Positions 1 to 8,666 of a stretch of 64,000 nt of DNA are shown here, in pieces. The position numbers were made by a program, and so were the translations under genes. Source of the DNA: an uncultured virus (IMG/VR IMGVR_UViG_3300001589_005208) (Duplodnaviria; Heunggongvirae; Uroviricota; Caudoviricetes); IMG/VR virus record IMGVR_UViG_3300001589_005208. One strand, written 5' to 3'. The stretch's first letter is position 1, and each line of letters begins with the position of its first letter. The notes beneath the pieces were generated by a model, which worked only from the letters and a program-made list of their open reading frames with translations, was not told the origin of the DNA and did no database searches.

Positions 1-25
1 TGTAGTGCTATGATAGTGGTGTGGT

Positions 26-328
26 TCATGTGTGCTCCAATAGTAAGTTTAATTCGTATAAGTCTGCTTCTGTTTGTATGGCAAAAGGTACGTTGTCTAC
101 TGTTATACTATAGGGTACTTCAACATTCTCTACATGTATTACAGTATCTCCTAAGTTGGTACAATCTGCAACAGTGTTTACTATCCATTTATGATCACAA
201 CCTATGTCTACAAATATGGCTGTAACATGATTGTACAACAGTGTAAAGGTTAAAAGGTTTGTGCCGCCTGCACCCAGTTGTTCTACTGGTACACCGTTAA
301 CCGTAGTGTTTGGGATATAAAGTTTCAT
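26..328 (-). CDS. Hypothetical protein (100 aa)
   Basis: ORF is co-oriented and overlaps its neighbour in the minus-strand operon; no motif recognised. Confidence 0.6.
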   Translation of the reverse strand: MKLYIPNTTVNGVPVEQLGAGGTNLLTFTLLYNHVTAIFVDIGCDHKWIVNTVADCTNLGDTVIHVENVEVPYSITVDNVPFAIQTEADLYELNLLLEHT

Positions 329-1028
329 AATAGTCTTTCACTGTGGTAGCCCACTCTCTGTGAGCTTCTTCAAGTGGATGTCCACCCTTTGCTAATTCAA
401 ATCCGTGTAGTCTAACATACTCTACAAAACTAATCTTTAACTGTTCAATGTTAGAGAACTGTTCTCGGTCTGGATCTAATGCCCATGTCTGTAACAGTTT
501 AACACCTAAACTCTTACAAGTCAACTCTAAATTTGCCATACGTTCTAGTTGTAGTGCAGTTCTTGATCGATCACCTATTGTAAGTGTGTATGGTGCATGT
601 AGTCTTTGTAAACTTTCTAATACACCAGTGTCGATGGTCATTCTGTTGCTCATAGTAGGCAAGTTGTAACAGTGCCAATGATAAGGAATATAGTATGGTA
701 CCTTTGTACCTTTATAGTCTGCATCAACAGGTGTTTCATCTCTTTCTAGTGTTGTCCATCCTACAACAACAGTTAAGTCTTGTGCTCGGTTATACTTTAA
801 CCACGTTCTAATAAATCGCATAGCACGACGATATATTCTACTACCGCTAGTGCCTCTTAAGCCATCATTAACACATACATCTATACCCAGTCTATTAGCC
901 AACAGTCTTGGCCAACTGTGTCCTTGCCTATACAGTGGCGTGTGTACAGGGTCATATGGTAAGCCTAGTTCATCACCTTCGCACCAGGAGTCTCCGCCTG
1001 CATACAAACATTTGTTAGGTGTTGTCAA
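297..1028 (-). CDS. SGNH/GDSL-like hydrolase-fold protein
   Basis: N-terminal YAGGDSW, SWP motif, GTSG..RI.R and C-terminal GGHP; paralogous to the genes at 4.5-7.8 kb. Confidence 0.65.
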   Translation of the reverse strand: MTTPNKCLYAGGDSWCEGDELGLPYDPVHTPLYRQGHSWPRLLANRLGIDVCVNDGLRGTSGSRIYRRAMRFIRTWLKYNRAQDLTVVVGWTTLERDETPVDADYKGTKVPYYIPYHWHCYNLPTMSNRMTIDTGVLESLQRLHAPYTLTIGDRSRTALQLERMANLELTCKSLGVKLLQTWALDPDREQFSNIEQLKISFVEYVRLHGFELAKGGHPLEEAHREWATTVKDYYETLYPKHYG

Positions 1029-2145
1029 TGGCCGCTCTTAGTTTCTTTGCACCTGCAGCCAAACCATCTGGGTGTTCATGTATAGCACCTCCAACGTTTG
1101 CCATATAGTCTACACCAAAGCGTCTAGTTACTTCTGGTATTAGTTCTGCAGTCATTCCACAACTTAGTGCTGGTACAGTATTGTTTGAACTCAGCATCTG
1201 CATAGTACGTCTTAATTCATTTTCATCATCACTGAGGTATCCACCCCACATGCCTGTGTGTATAGTATCCACTCCACTTATACTTGCAAGTTTACACAAC
1301 ACTGACCACGCAATACGATATGCATTCTTTGTACTACTTAATACTTTGTCACCTGATTTCTGATAGTGTATGTACAGTGGCAAGTTCATTTGATTAATTG
1401 ATTTGTATACTCCGTGTCCGCTCCAGAAGTTAATGTGTACTCCATTACCTCCGCCATCTGCTACTTGCTTTGCTCTGTCTAACACATGCAGTGGATCTGC
1501 ATTGATACAATAACAGTAAACAACCTTTGAACCCTTTAACACTTCTTGTGCTAGTTCAATACGTTGTGTTAGTGGCAAGCAACTAGGGTTGGCCATAATC
1601 TCATCTTCTTTGATAAAGTCTACACCGCCTTCTACAAATGCACTCACTATCTCTTGTAATGCTCTACCTGTTAAACCTGTCTTAGGTTTTACAATACTAC
1701 CTAGCAGTGGCTTGTTATAGTTGCCTGTTAATGCTCGCATACCACTTAGTCCATAACGTGGCTCTACTGCATCACATAATGCATAATCAATATCTAATTC
1801 TAATAGTTCACATCTGTGTATATAATCTATATCCATTTGTCCACCCATAACAACACATAAGAATTGTGCAATGCCATCTGTGGTCCAATCAATAAGTCTA
1901 TAAGGAAATGCAATCTTTACTGTGCCTGCACTCTTGCCTACAAGTTTACTTTTGTCTGCAACTATCTTTGCGGCATACTGATCTATCAGTTCAGGTGTTT
2001 CGTAATCATTACGCACACCAGGGTTGCCAACACTCTGTCCTACTGCCAATCCAAATGCAGCTCTATCTAAATCGTTACCTTCAAGGTAATATGTTACTGT
2101 AAAGTATTCCTTAGGGTCTACTTCTTTAACGTAAATGTCTAACAT
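1015..2145 (-). CDS. RuBisCO-like protein (form IV / RLP), probably non-carboxylating
   Basis: IVKPKTGL, GVDFIKEDE (equivalent of the KDDE motif), IHTG, LSCG and VGGAIHEHPDG..AGA, in RuBisCO large-chain order. Confidence 0.9.
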   Translation of the reverse strand: MLDIYVKEVDPKEYFTVTYYLEGNDLDRAAFGLAVGQSVGNPGVRNDYETPELIDQYAAKIVADKSKLVGKSAGTVKIAFPYRLIDWTTDGIAQFLCVVMGGQMDIDYIHRCELLELDIDYALCDAVEPRYGLSGMRALTGNYNKPLLGSIVKPKTGLTGRALQEIVSAFVEGGVDFIKEDEIMANPSCLPLTQRIELAQEVLKGSKVVYCYCINADPLHVLDRAKQVADGGGNGVHINFWSGHGVYKSINQMNLPLYIHYQKSGDKVLSSTKNAYRIAWSVLCKLASISGVDTIHTGMWGGYLSDDENELRRTMQMLSSNNTVPALSCGMTAELIPEVTRRFGVDYMANVGGAIHEHPDGLAAGAKKLRAAIDNT

Positions 2146-2487
2146 TTAACTTTGTTCTCCTAGCCTAGTCCAATCATCACCGTATGCTATAACACAAATA
2201 CTATTATAACTTGGATGGAATTCTAATATACTAAATGTTTTTGTTTTAAAGTTTACAAATATTTGTAATGGTGTATGTACTGGTATATCAGATAAACCAT
2301 CTTCACCATGTACCTTTGTACTTTGCACTGCGGTTATTAAAGGCGACTCACCTTTTGCTTTAACAACTCTAAGTGCTATTTCTTTTTGTTCGCACATAAC
2401 AGGCTTGTCATTCCAATCACCTCCTTTTGCTTGTGTCCAAAACACAAATACAAAAAGTGCAGTAATTAATATCCATACCTTTGTCAT
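2146..2487 (-). CDS. Exported hypothetical protein
   Basis: Hydrophobic N-terminal signal-peptide-like segment ending in QAKG; two Cys residues. Confidence 0.65.
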   Translation of the reverse strand: MTKVWILITALFVFVFWTQAKGGDWNDKPVMCEQKEIALRVVKAKGESPLITAVQSTKVHGEDGLSDIPVHTPLQIFVNFKTKTFSILEFHPSYNSICVIAYGDDWTRLGEQS

Positions 2488-2654
2488 TACTCTTTATCCT
2501 TTTCACTAAAGTCATCTTTGATTTTTCTATTCAATATCTCGTGTTCGTCTGGATTGTTACGACGCCATTCACGATCTTTGTGATAAGACCACAGTATAGA
2601 ATATACAATCGGTATTGCTATTAAGGCAATAGCAGTCCACCATATACTACTCAT
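2487..2654 (-). CDS. Small membrane protein (55 aa; not in the ORF track)
   Basis: Manual translation gives MSSIWWTAIALIAIPIVYSILWSYHKDREWRRNNPDEHEILNRKIKDDFSEKDKE; ATGA and TAATG overlaps with both neighbours. Confidence 0.65.
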   Translation of the reverse strand: MSSIWWTAIALIAIPIVYSILWSYHKDREWRRNNPDEHEILNRKIKDDFSEKDKE

Positions 2655-3010
2655 CGTGTTGCCATCATTGTTAATGTTAAACTACATATTCTTAATTTAA
2701 AATTAACATTGTCTGTTTGTTCGTAAATTGTTATCTTGGCTCTGTTGCCACTTGTCTTGTTATACTCTAATACAAATGCTTCGTGCAATACAACACCGCC
2801 ACTTGCAAATGTTCCCCACAAGTCATCCTCTAACATCTTTTCATATTCTTCATCGTGCCAAGCTCTTGCTAACACTTTGCCACATATATCTGGTAAATGT
2901 TTTTTAACATCTTTTCTAGTATTGTAAGATACGTCTTGCTTAACTAACTTGAAAGGTTCTACTTTAATTAGTGCAGTTGATTTCTTTACGAGTGCAGTAC
3001 TGGTATTCAT
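2651..3010 (-). CDS. Protein with an NHLP-leader / nitrile hydratase alpha N-terminal-like segment
   Basis: GKVLARAWHDEEYEKMLEDDLWGTFASGGVVL resembles the ARAW-D--F---L--DP motif. Confidence 0.5.
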   Translation of the reverse strand: MNTSTALVKKSTALIKVEPFKLVKQDVSYNTRKDVKKHLPDICGKVLARAWHDEEYEKMLEDDLWGTFASGGVVLHEAFVLEYNKTSGNRAKITIYEQTDNVNFKLRICSLTLTMMATR

Positions 3011-3462
3011 TTTACTACCTCATCATCTCTGAAGTATCGCCAGTCTGTACCATCGTAGTAGGCAGGTTTAAAGTTTTCATCTTCAATAGAAACTACACTA
3101 CCTGCATAGGCATGTGATAATTGTGGTAATAAATTTTTAGTATACCTTCTTAATATAATTGGTGTTTTTAATTCTATCGGTTCACTACTCAGTGTCCCAA
3201 TTCTATTCTGCTCTATAAAAATATCACCAATAGTATGATTATAGTAACTTACAACATTACCATTTGATTTTACTATAAACTTATTGTCATTATGTTTATC
3301 AGCAATACTTAGTATTGCATTACTTGAAATTGTAGTGTTTGTCTCAGGCGTTCCTGCTTTTATTCTTAATCCCATACCCGTGTTACAGTCATTGATTAAA
3401 GTAATTAAATAATCGTCTACATCTTCAGTTATAGATATTCTGTTTGTCATCTCGTTTGTCAT
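3007..3462 (-). CDS. Hypothetical protein with a fibre-like C-terminal motif
   Basis: C-terminal PAYYDGTDWRY is typical of phage fibre modules. Confidence 0.55.
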   Translation of the reverse strand: MTNEMTNRISITEDVDDYLITLINDCNTGMGLRIKAGTPETNTTISSNAILSIADKHNDNKFIVKSNGNVVSYYNHTIGDIFIEQNRIGTLSSEPIELKTPIILRRYTKNLLPQLSHAYAGSVVSIEDENFKPAYYDGTDWRYFRDDEVVK

Positions 3463-4181
3463 TGTGCATAATACCTATTGTGGTAAGTGTTAAGATCATT
3501 AGGTGTGCCTACTGGTGTAAAGTTAGTTGCTTGTACCGGGTATGGCTTTACTGTGTTTGCTTTAGCAGTATAGTTGTATATTGGTGCTAGGTAGTATTCT
3601 CCGTTGTGTGTATGTTCGTCTGCAATCATTTGTTCTGCACCATCACAAAATAGTTTTCCACTACTCCAGTGATACACTCCTACAGTTGCATCGTTACTGA
3701 TAGCAACTTTCTCTGCAGCCTCAACCACAAGTCCTTCTACTACTCTAACAAAACTATGTTTAATATGATCATGTGGATAAGTCATTACCCAACTTGTATC
3801 TGGTTCGTTAACACATGCTTCTGTAAAAAGTTCTGCGTCCCAGTTTAATACTTGATCACTGTTAATACTTATTAAAGGTTGGTCGTTGTATATAAATTCT
3901 CTTGCTTGTAATAAACTACAAGCGGCTCCGTCAGTTACACCGTTAAGTGCAACAATGTTTACTTCTGTTGCTAAGTTAGACAAGTGGTTCTCTAACCAAC
4001 TGTAGTTATCCAAGTGTTCTTGTTGTACAACAAATGTATGTGTACAGTCTTGCATGCCAAGACTTTCAACTGCCTTAGCAATCATTGTAGTACTGCCAGT
4101 TCGGCAAAGTGGTTTAGGTACAGAATATCCTGCACTACTAAATCTACTTCCTGCTCCTGCCATTCCTATTATAACTTGCAC
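3459..4181 (-). CDS. Sugar-phosphate nucleotidyltransferase-like protein (dTDP-glucose pyrophosphorylase fold)
   Basis: MAGAGSRF..GY..PKPL, TDGAA, NSDQ, AEKVAIS..ATVG.Y, NGEYYLAP.YN and GTP.DL; GTG start. Confidence 0.85.
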   Translation of the reverse strand: MQVIIGMAGAGSRFSSAGYSVPKPLCRTGSTTMIAKAVESLGMQDCTHTFVVQQEHLDNYSWLENHLSNLATEVNIVALNGVTDGAACSLLQAREFIYNDQPLISINSDQVLNWDAELFTEACVNEPDTSWVMTYPHDHIKHSFVRVVEGLVVEAAEKVAISNDATVGVYHWSSGKLFCDGAEQMIADEHTHNGEYYLAPIYNYTAKANTVKPYPVQATNFTPVGTPNDLNTYHNRYYAQ

Positions 4182-4408
4182 TAGTCTTGAAACTCCAAAA
4201 CTTCAATCATCTTTTGTAATTTATCTTTTGCTTGTCTTATATTCTGTGCAGGTACCCATGCTTGACCAACACCATGTGTGTCATCAACTTTGCGTATCTC
4301 AACTGCAATCTTTTCTCCACCGCTCTTTGTCATACGCAATGGACTAGGGCTAGTAAAGTTTAAAATGAATACTGTTTCTTTTGGTTTGAAATCTATAATG
4401 TCAGCCAT
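4181..4408 (-). CDS. Hypothetical protein (75 aa)
   Basis: GGAG SD upstream; operon position. Confidence 0.65.
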   Translation of the reverse strand: MADIIDFKPKETVFILNFTSPSPLRMTKSGGEKIAVEIRKVDDTHGVGQAWVPAQNIRQAKDKLQKMIEVLEFQD

Positions 4409-4421
4409 TTGCTGTACTCCA

Positions 4422-4538
4422 TTATTTGTAGATGAATGGATCTTTTTTCTTAATCTCTTTTAATTTTTTTCTGTATGCTATCTCAAGTTTAATTCTATAC
4501 TTAATATCGTTATACAATTTTTTAATACGATTAATCAT
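4422..4538 (-). CDS. Small basic protein (38 aa; not in the ORF track)
   Basis: Manual translation gives MINRIKKLYNDIKYRIKLEIAYRKKLKEIKKKDPFIYK; GAGG upstream; fills the gap between genes. Confidence 0.6.
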   Translation of the reverse strand: MINRIKKLYNDIKYRIKLEIAYRKKLKEIKKKDPFIYK

Positions 4539-5298
4539 ATTCGCCTCTAGTGTTTAGATAGTTTTCAATGGAAGGGTGCAGTGTCTCTGCAATGTATTTA
4601 TGACCAAGTTCATTAGGGTGTTTTAATGGACACCTGACTGTTTTAGGTTGTGGATGATAATATAACATTCTATTCATACTAGGTACAACTGCATTAATAT
4701 CTGCNACCCATTTTTCAATACCTTCAGCATCGCCTTTAACAAACTCGTTGTTGTCAAGTGCATATACTTGTATCAAGTGTATGCCTAAACTTTTACAAAT
4801 ATGTTTTAAACTATACTGCTGATTGTAAAAGTTTTGTGCATTGTGTTGATTGTTGTTTAGTATTGTAGCATTCCTATGCCAGTCTGTTATTGCAACATCT
4901 TGTAATACATCACCAGTGTCTACAGTTGGCTTTGTGTTTAATAATAAACTTACATAGTTAACATCTTGTTGTTGCCATTGTGTATAACCATCTGTATGAT
5001 CAACTGTGTTAGAATATGCTACTTCACGTCTTTCATATGTTGTCCATGCTGGGATAATCAATAGTTCGTCATAGTCACCTTTGTAATTTTGTATAAACTC
5101 AAGTGTACGTCTGTATATTCTATCATTACTAGTACCACCGAGTGCATCATTATGTAGTACAGGTATCTCTAAACTTTGACTAAGGTGCCAAGGCCATGTG
5201 TTGTAATACTTGTAAGTTAAATGATCAGGTGCACCATCGCGAAGCTCTTGTCCGAATGTCCAACTATCTCCGTTAACATACATTGTTGTTACCTGCAT
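4531..5298 (-). CDS. SGNH/GDSL-like hydrolase-fold protein
   Basis: YVNGDSWTFG.E, TWP, GGTSNDRIYR and C-terminal HPN..GH. Confidence 0.7.
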   Translation of the reverse strand: MQVTTMYVNGDSWTFGQELRDGAPDHLTYKYYNTWPWHLSQSLEIPVLHNDALGGTSNDRIYRRTLEFIQNYKGDYDELLIIPAWTTYERREVAYSNTVDHTDGYTQWQQQDVNYVSLLLNTKPTVDTGDVLQDVAITDWHRNATILNNNQHNAQNFYNQQYSLKHICKSLGIHLIQVYALDNNEFVKGDAEGIEKWXADINAVVPSMNRMLYYHPQPKTVRCPLKHPNELGHKYIAETLHPSIENYLNTRGEYD

Positions 5299-6017
5299 AT
5301 CTTTAACAACTCCTGTGTAGTTTGTCTATGGAACTCTGGACCATCATGTATGTTGTCTCTTGCTCCATTTGTATCTTGTACTTGTATTATAACATGAATC
5401 ATACTAGGAGTCAATGATGCAAACCAAGGGTAGATCTCCCATTGGAAATTTATTACTGGTACACCTTGACTTGCCCATGCATCATTAAATGCACAATACC
5501 AACTAACTGTATTAAGTCTTTGTAACCCTACATCAGTTATGTATTCTTTTTCCCACTTGTCGTTGCCTACTTCAATTTCTATAATTGGGTCTTTGTCTGT
5601 TGCACCCATACGTCTGTGTAACTGAGGCCACTCAGCAACTACTAAAGCAGGCTTTGGTAAGTTATGTTGTTTCCAAAGTTGTGCATTCAGTGTCATTACA
5701 TCAGGACCACTGCCGCCTTTACCTGCGTTGTAGTAATCAGTTCCTATTAGTGTTGCTAGTCTGTCAGGCCATGTTTGATTAAGATTTAATCCTACACCTT
5801 CTGTATAACTGCAACCAGTACACCATATATGCTTATTACTTAATACATTAGGCTCTACACTTCTGTACCCTAAACTGTTAAACTTGTATTCGATATCTAT
5901 GTCTTGCCATCTGTCAGTGTGTACAACAGTTTCGTTGTCAGCAGAGTAGTAGTCAAGTGTTAATCCACGTGTGGTCTTATCTACCAGTTGTACATTTTCT
6001 GTTGTGTACTCTAACAT
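5289..6017 (-). CDS. SGNH-like protein (GCS variant)
   Basis: FNSLGYRS, CTGCSYTEGVG, TWP, GKGGSG and a C-terminal DxxH (RDNIHDG). Confidence 0.65.
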   Translation of the reverse strand: MLEYTTENVQLVDKTTRGLTLDYYSADNETVVHTDRWQDIDIEYKFNSLGYRSVEPNVLSNKHIWCTGCSYTEGVGLNLNQTWPDRLATLIGTDYYNAGKGGSGPDVMTLNAQLWKQHNLPKPALVVAEWPQLHRRMGATDKDPIIEIEVGNDKWEKEYITDVGLQRLNTVSWYCAFNDAWASQGVPVINFQWEIYPWFASLTPSMIHVIIQVQDTNGARDNIHDGPEFHRQTTQELLKICR

Positions 6018-6790
6018 TGTAATTTTATCGCAGGAAGTATATGTTGGAATACTTGTCTATGTCCATGTTCATCACAATGACCTGTGCCTTGCGGGTCTGG
6101 GTAACGTTGACTGAACCAACCCCAATCAACACCTACATAGTTTTCTTTTGGTAGAAATGACTGTAAGTCAGGTTGCCAACCCATAAACACATGGGGTATT
6201 CCTGCTTGTTTAAGCAGGCAGTGTGCGTTTAATAGTATAGCGTTATCGTATTCTTGTTTTATTTCAAAGTTAAAGAAGTTTGCTACCCATTCTTTTAATA
6301 CTTTTAATCTTGCATTTGGTTCATGTTCCATTTGTGGCCATGTTGCTTTTATACTGCTATCAAAAAAACTATCTAAGTTCTGTAGTGTTTCGCTTTGCAT
6401 AATATTATCTGTATCAACTGGAATAGGTCTGCGATGTTCTTCTGGTGTATGTTTACTATAAGGTTCATAGTCTTGATAGTTCAAGTGTTTTATAGTTGGC
6501 TCTTCGCCTACACTAGGATCGCTAAAAGGTTTATACCAAGTTGTTCTGGCACTATTAGTAATACTTACTATAACAAATGGGTTGCCTTCGTTAGTCCATT
6601 CCTTTACAACATGTTTAACTTGCAACCATATTGCATAGTTGCAACAACCACTACGAGCAATAACACGTTGTGGTACTTGTAAATGGTTAGCAGTTAGGCC
6701 GCCAAAACTCTTTTCAAAGTTTTCATGCTTAGGCATTCCTGCACCACAGGCAAAACTATCTCCACAAGTTGCTACAAAGTCAATCTTCAT
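6011..6790 (-). CDS. SGNH-like protein
   Basis: TCGDSF, ARSGCCN and C-terminal GHCDEHGH. Confidence 0.65.
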   Translation of the reverse strand: MKIDFVATCGDSFACGAGMPKHENFEKSFGGLTANHLQVPQRVIARSGCCNYAIWLQVKHVVKEWTNEGNPFVIVSITNSARTTWYKPFSDPSVGEEPTIKHLNYQDYEPYSKHTPEEHRRPIPVDTDNIMQSETLQNLDSFFDSSIKATWPQMEHEPNARLKVLKEWVANFFNFEIKQEYDNAILLNAHCLLKQAGIPHVFMGWQPDLQSFLPKENYVGVDWGWFSQRYPDPQGTGHCDEHGHRQVFQHILPAIKLQC

Positions 6791-6938
6791 TTGGAGTTCC
6801 GTTAGTGTTCATTCTGTAAGTGCCATCTCTTTTAAAGTGGCGAGCATTAAAGTAAGCAGTCCAGATACTACTTACATATCCATACTTAGGCCCTTGTTGC
6901 TTATACCACCATTTATAATCTTCAAAGAAAGTTTTCAA
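6780..6938 (-). CDS. Small hypothetical protein (52 aa, TTG start; not in the ORF track)
   Basis: Open frame (M)KTFFEDYKWWYKQQGPKYGYVSSIWTAYFNARHFKRDG... fills the gap and overlaps the upstream stop. Confidence 0.45.
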   Translation of the reverse strand: MKTFFEDYKWWYKQQGPKYGYVSSIWTAYFNARHFKRDGTYRMNTNGTPNED

Positions 6939-7774
6939 CCTAAATCCTTTATGCATCTGTAAAGTTCATCGGCCCATAGTGCGTGACCCTGTGCGTTAGG
7001 ATGCATACCTGTAATTACTTTGTCGTGTCCTTGTTGTGTAATAAAACTATGACAAGTGTGTGGTGCTTGTTCTTTACCATAGAAGCGTTCACTGTCTACT
7101 TGATCCCATATCCAACCATCAGGTTGATTGTTATAGTGGAAGTGCCAGCGTGGATCACTTTCACCTACTGTCATCTTTTGTGTTTCACTGTTAATGTAAT
7201 TACTATCAACCCATTGTCTGATACCTGTATCGTCTACATTATAAAATGCTTGAAAGAAGTAATGCTTGATGCCATGTACAGTAAAAAAGTTTTGTAGTTG
7301 TGTTACTTGTTGTACATAACGATTTGTATATTCTTCTTCGTTCCACAAGTACATTCTATAGTTGTCAAAGAAAGCCTGCATACCACGTTGATGATATTCG
7401 TGATTAGTTTGGTTTGGCCATATAGTTGTCCAGCCGTGATTATTTTCAACCGGGTCTCTATAATAAAAATCTTTACGTTCAGGACTTGTAAAGCCAACAA
7501 TGACAAGCAAGTCACTTGTATCTTTTTTATTATGCAAGTAATGTTCTGTGATCCAACTGATAGTATGTCGTACAATACGATCGTTACTACTTGCCGGATA
7601 TGAAATGTTACTATGATCATCACAACCAAGTTTGTCTGCTAACAGGCTTGGCCATATACGAGGAATACGATAAGCATTATTTTCTGGATCCCAATCACTT
7701 ACACTCTGTGGTAAGTCTGGGTCTCTTACTTCGCTACCAAATGTCCAACTGTCGCCTGCGGTTAGTAAATGCAT
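6935..7774 (-). CDS. SGNH/GDSL-like hydrolase-fold protein
   Basis: TAGDSWTFGSE, IWP, SSNDRIVR, VGFTSPER and C-terminal MHPNAQGH. Confidence 0.7.
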   Translation of the reverse strand: MHLLTAGDSWTFGSEVRDPDLPQSVSDWDPENNAYRIPRIWPSLLADKLGCDDHSNISYPASSNDRIVRHTISWITEHYLHNKKDTSDLLVIVGFTSPERKDFYYRDPVENNHGWTTIWPNQTNHEYHQRGMQAFFDNYRMYLWNEEEYTNRYVQQVTQLQNFFTVHGIKHYFFQAFYNVDDTGIRQWVDSNYINSETQKMTVGESDPRWHFHYNNQPDGWIWDQVDSERFYGKEQAPHTCHSFITQQGHDKVITGMHPNAQGHALWADELYRCIKDLG

Positions 7775-8514
7775 CAGTATGCCTTTTTAATTTGTTGAAA
7801 GTCTGCAACTGGATCAAGATGCTCAACACTAGTACGCCACAACGTTTCTTGCAACTGTGGTTGTACTTGTTGTAACTTAACATTACGTTTCTCTGTTTGT
7901 TGATATATTAGTGTACCAGGACTTAACATACTATCAGCAGGGTCTAACATGTTACCTTGCATAAGTTGTAAGTATCTTGGAAAACATTTCCAGTTGTAGT
8001 GTCTGTATGTATCACAAGCAATGTCCATTGTAGAACTGTCACCCCAAAATATAATATCACTAAGTCCGTGTTTGCCAACATCAGTATGTACTAATCCTCT
8101 GTTGCCTAAACTGTAGTATAAAGTTCTTGCTTCAACTTGCTTCTGTGTCCACTTACTGTTAGGTGGCATCAACATATCGTATCTTGTTTTAATTACACAA
8201 TCATAATCAAAGTTGTTTTGTAATTCGTAATCACGTTTTAATCTATTAGCCGCTTGTATACTAAAAAGCATATTACCAAATGGACCTGCATGATTAATAC
8301 TAGGTTGCATCTTTGTAACTATTAAATTATGATTACTATTTTTTACAATAGCATTAAGATGAGCTTCTTCGAGATCACTGTGTTCATGATCACCTGTCTT
8401 GTTCCAAGTATGACAAAACACATCTGCTTGTATACCATTAAAGTATTCTAGTATTAATGGCATTGCTACATTGTATGTTCTTAACTCTCCGCTAAAACAA
8501 ATTGCAGTTCTCAT
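7774..8514 (-). CDS. Putative glycosyltransferase-like protein (AICFSG-LR family)
   Basis: MRTAICFSGELR, HTW, KRDYE, YD.VIKTRYD and SDIIFWG; paralogue of 8653-9390. Confidence 0.55.
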   Translation of the reverse strand: MRTAICFSGELRTYNVAMPLILEYFNGIQADVFCHTWNKTGDHEHSDLEEAHLNAIVKNSNHNLIVTKMQPSINHAGPFGNMLFSIQAANRLKRDYELQNNFDYDCVIKTRYDMLMPPNSKWTQKQVEARTLYYSLGNRGLVHTDVGKHGLSDIIFWGDSSTMDIACDTYRHYNWKCFPRYLQLMQGNMLDPADSMLSPGTLIYQQTEKRNVKLQQVQPQLQETLWRTSVEHLDPVADFQQIKKAY

Positions 8515-8666
8515 TGATTGCCTCCTATTGTTCCTGCTAGTCTACGTTCTAAGTATTCAATTACATTNGGAAGTATAGGATCATTTGTTTCNTGATGCAA
8601 TTCTTTTACTGCTTCTAATTCTTCTTCGAGTAACTGCTTAACAGTTAACAGTTCATAAGGTTTCAT
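8511..8666 (-). CDS. Small hypothetical protein (51 aa; not in the ORF track)
   Basis: Manual translation gives MKPYELLTVKQLLEEELEAVKELHXETNDPILPNVIEYLERRLAGTIGGNQ; both N bases fall at third codon positions. Confidence 0.6.
   Translation of the reverse strand: MKPYELLTVKQLLEEELEAVKELHXETNDPILXNVIEYLERRLAGTIGGNQ

Noticed and set aside
1015..2145. Bona fide carbon-fixing RuBisCO (rbcL)
   Set aside because: Residues equivalent to E60, H294 and K334 appear substituted, the protein is short, and no small subunit or phosphoribulokinase is nearby.
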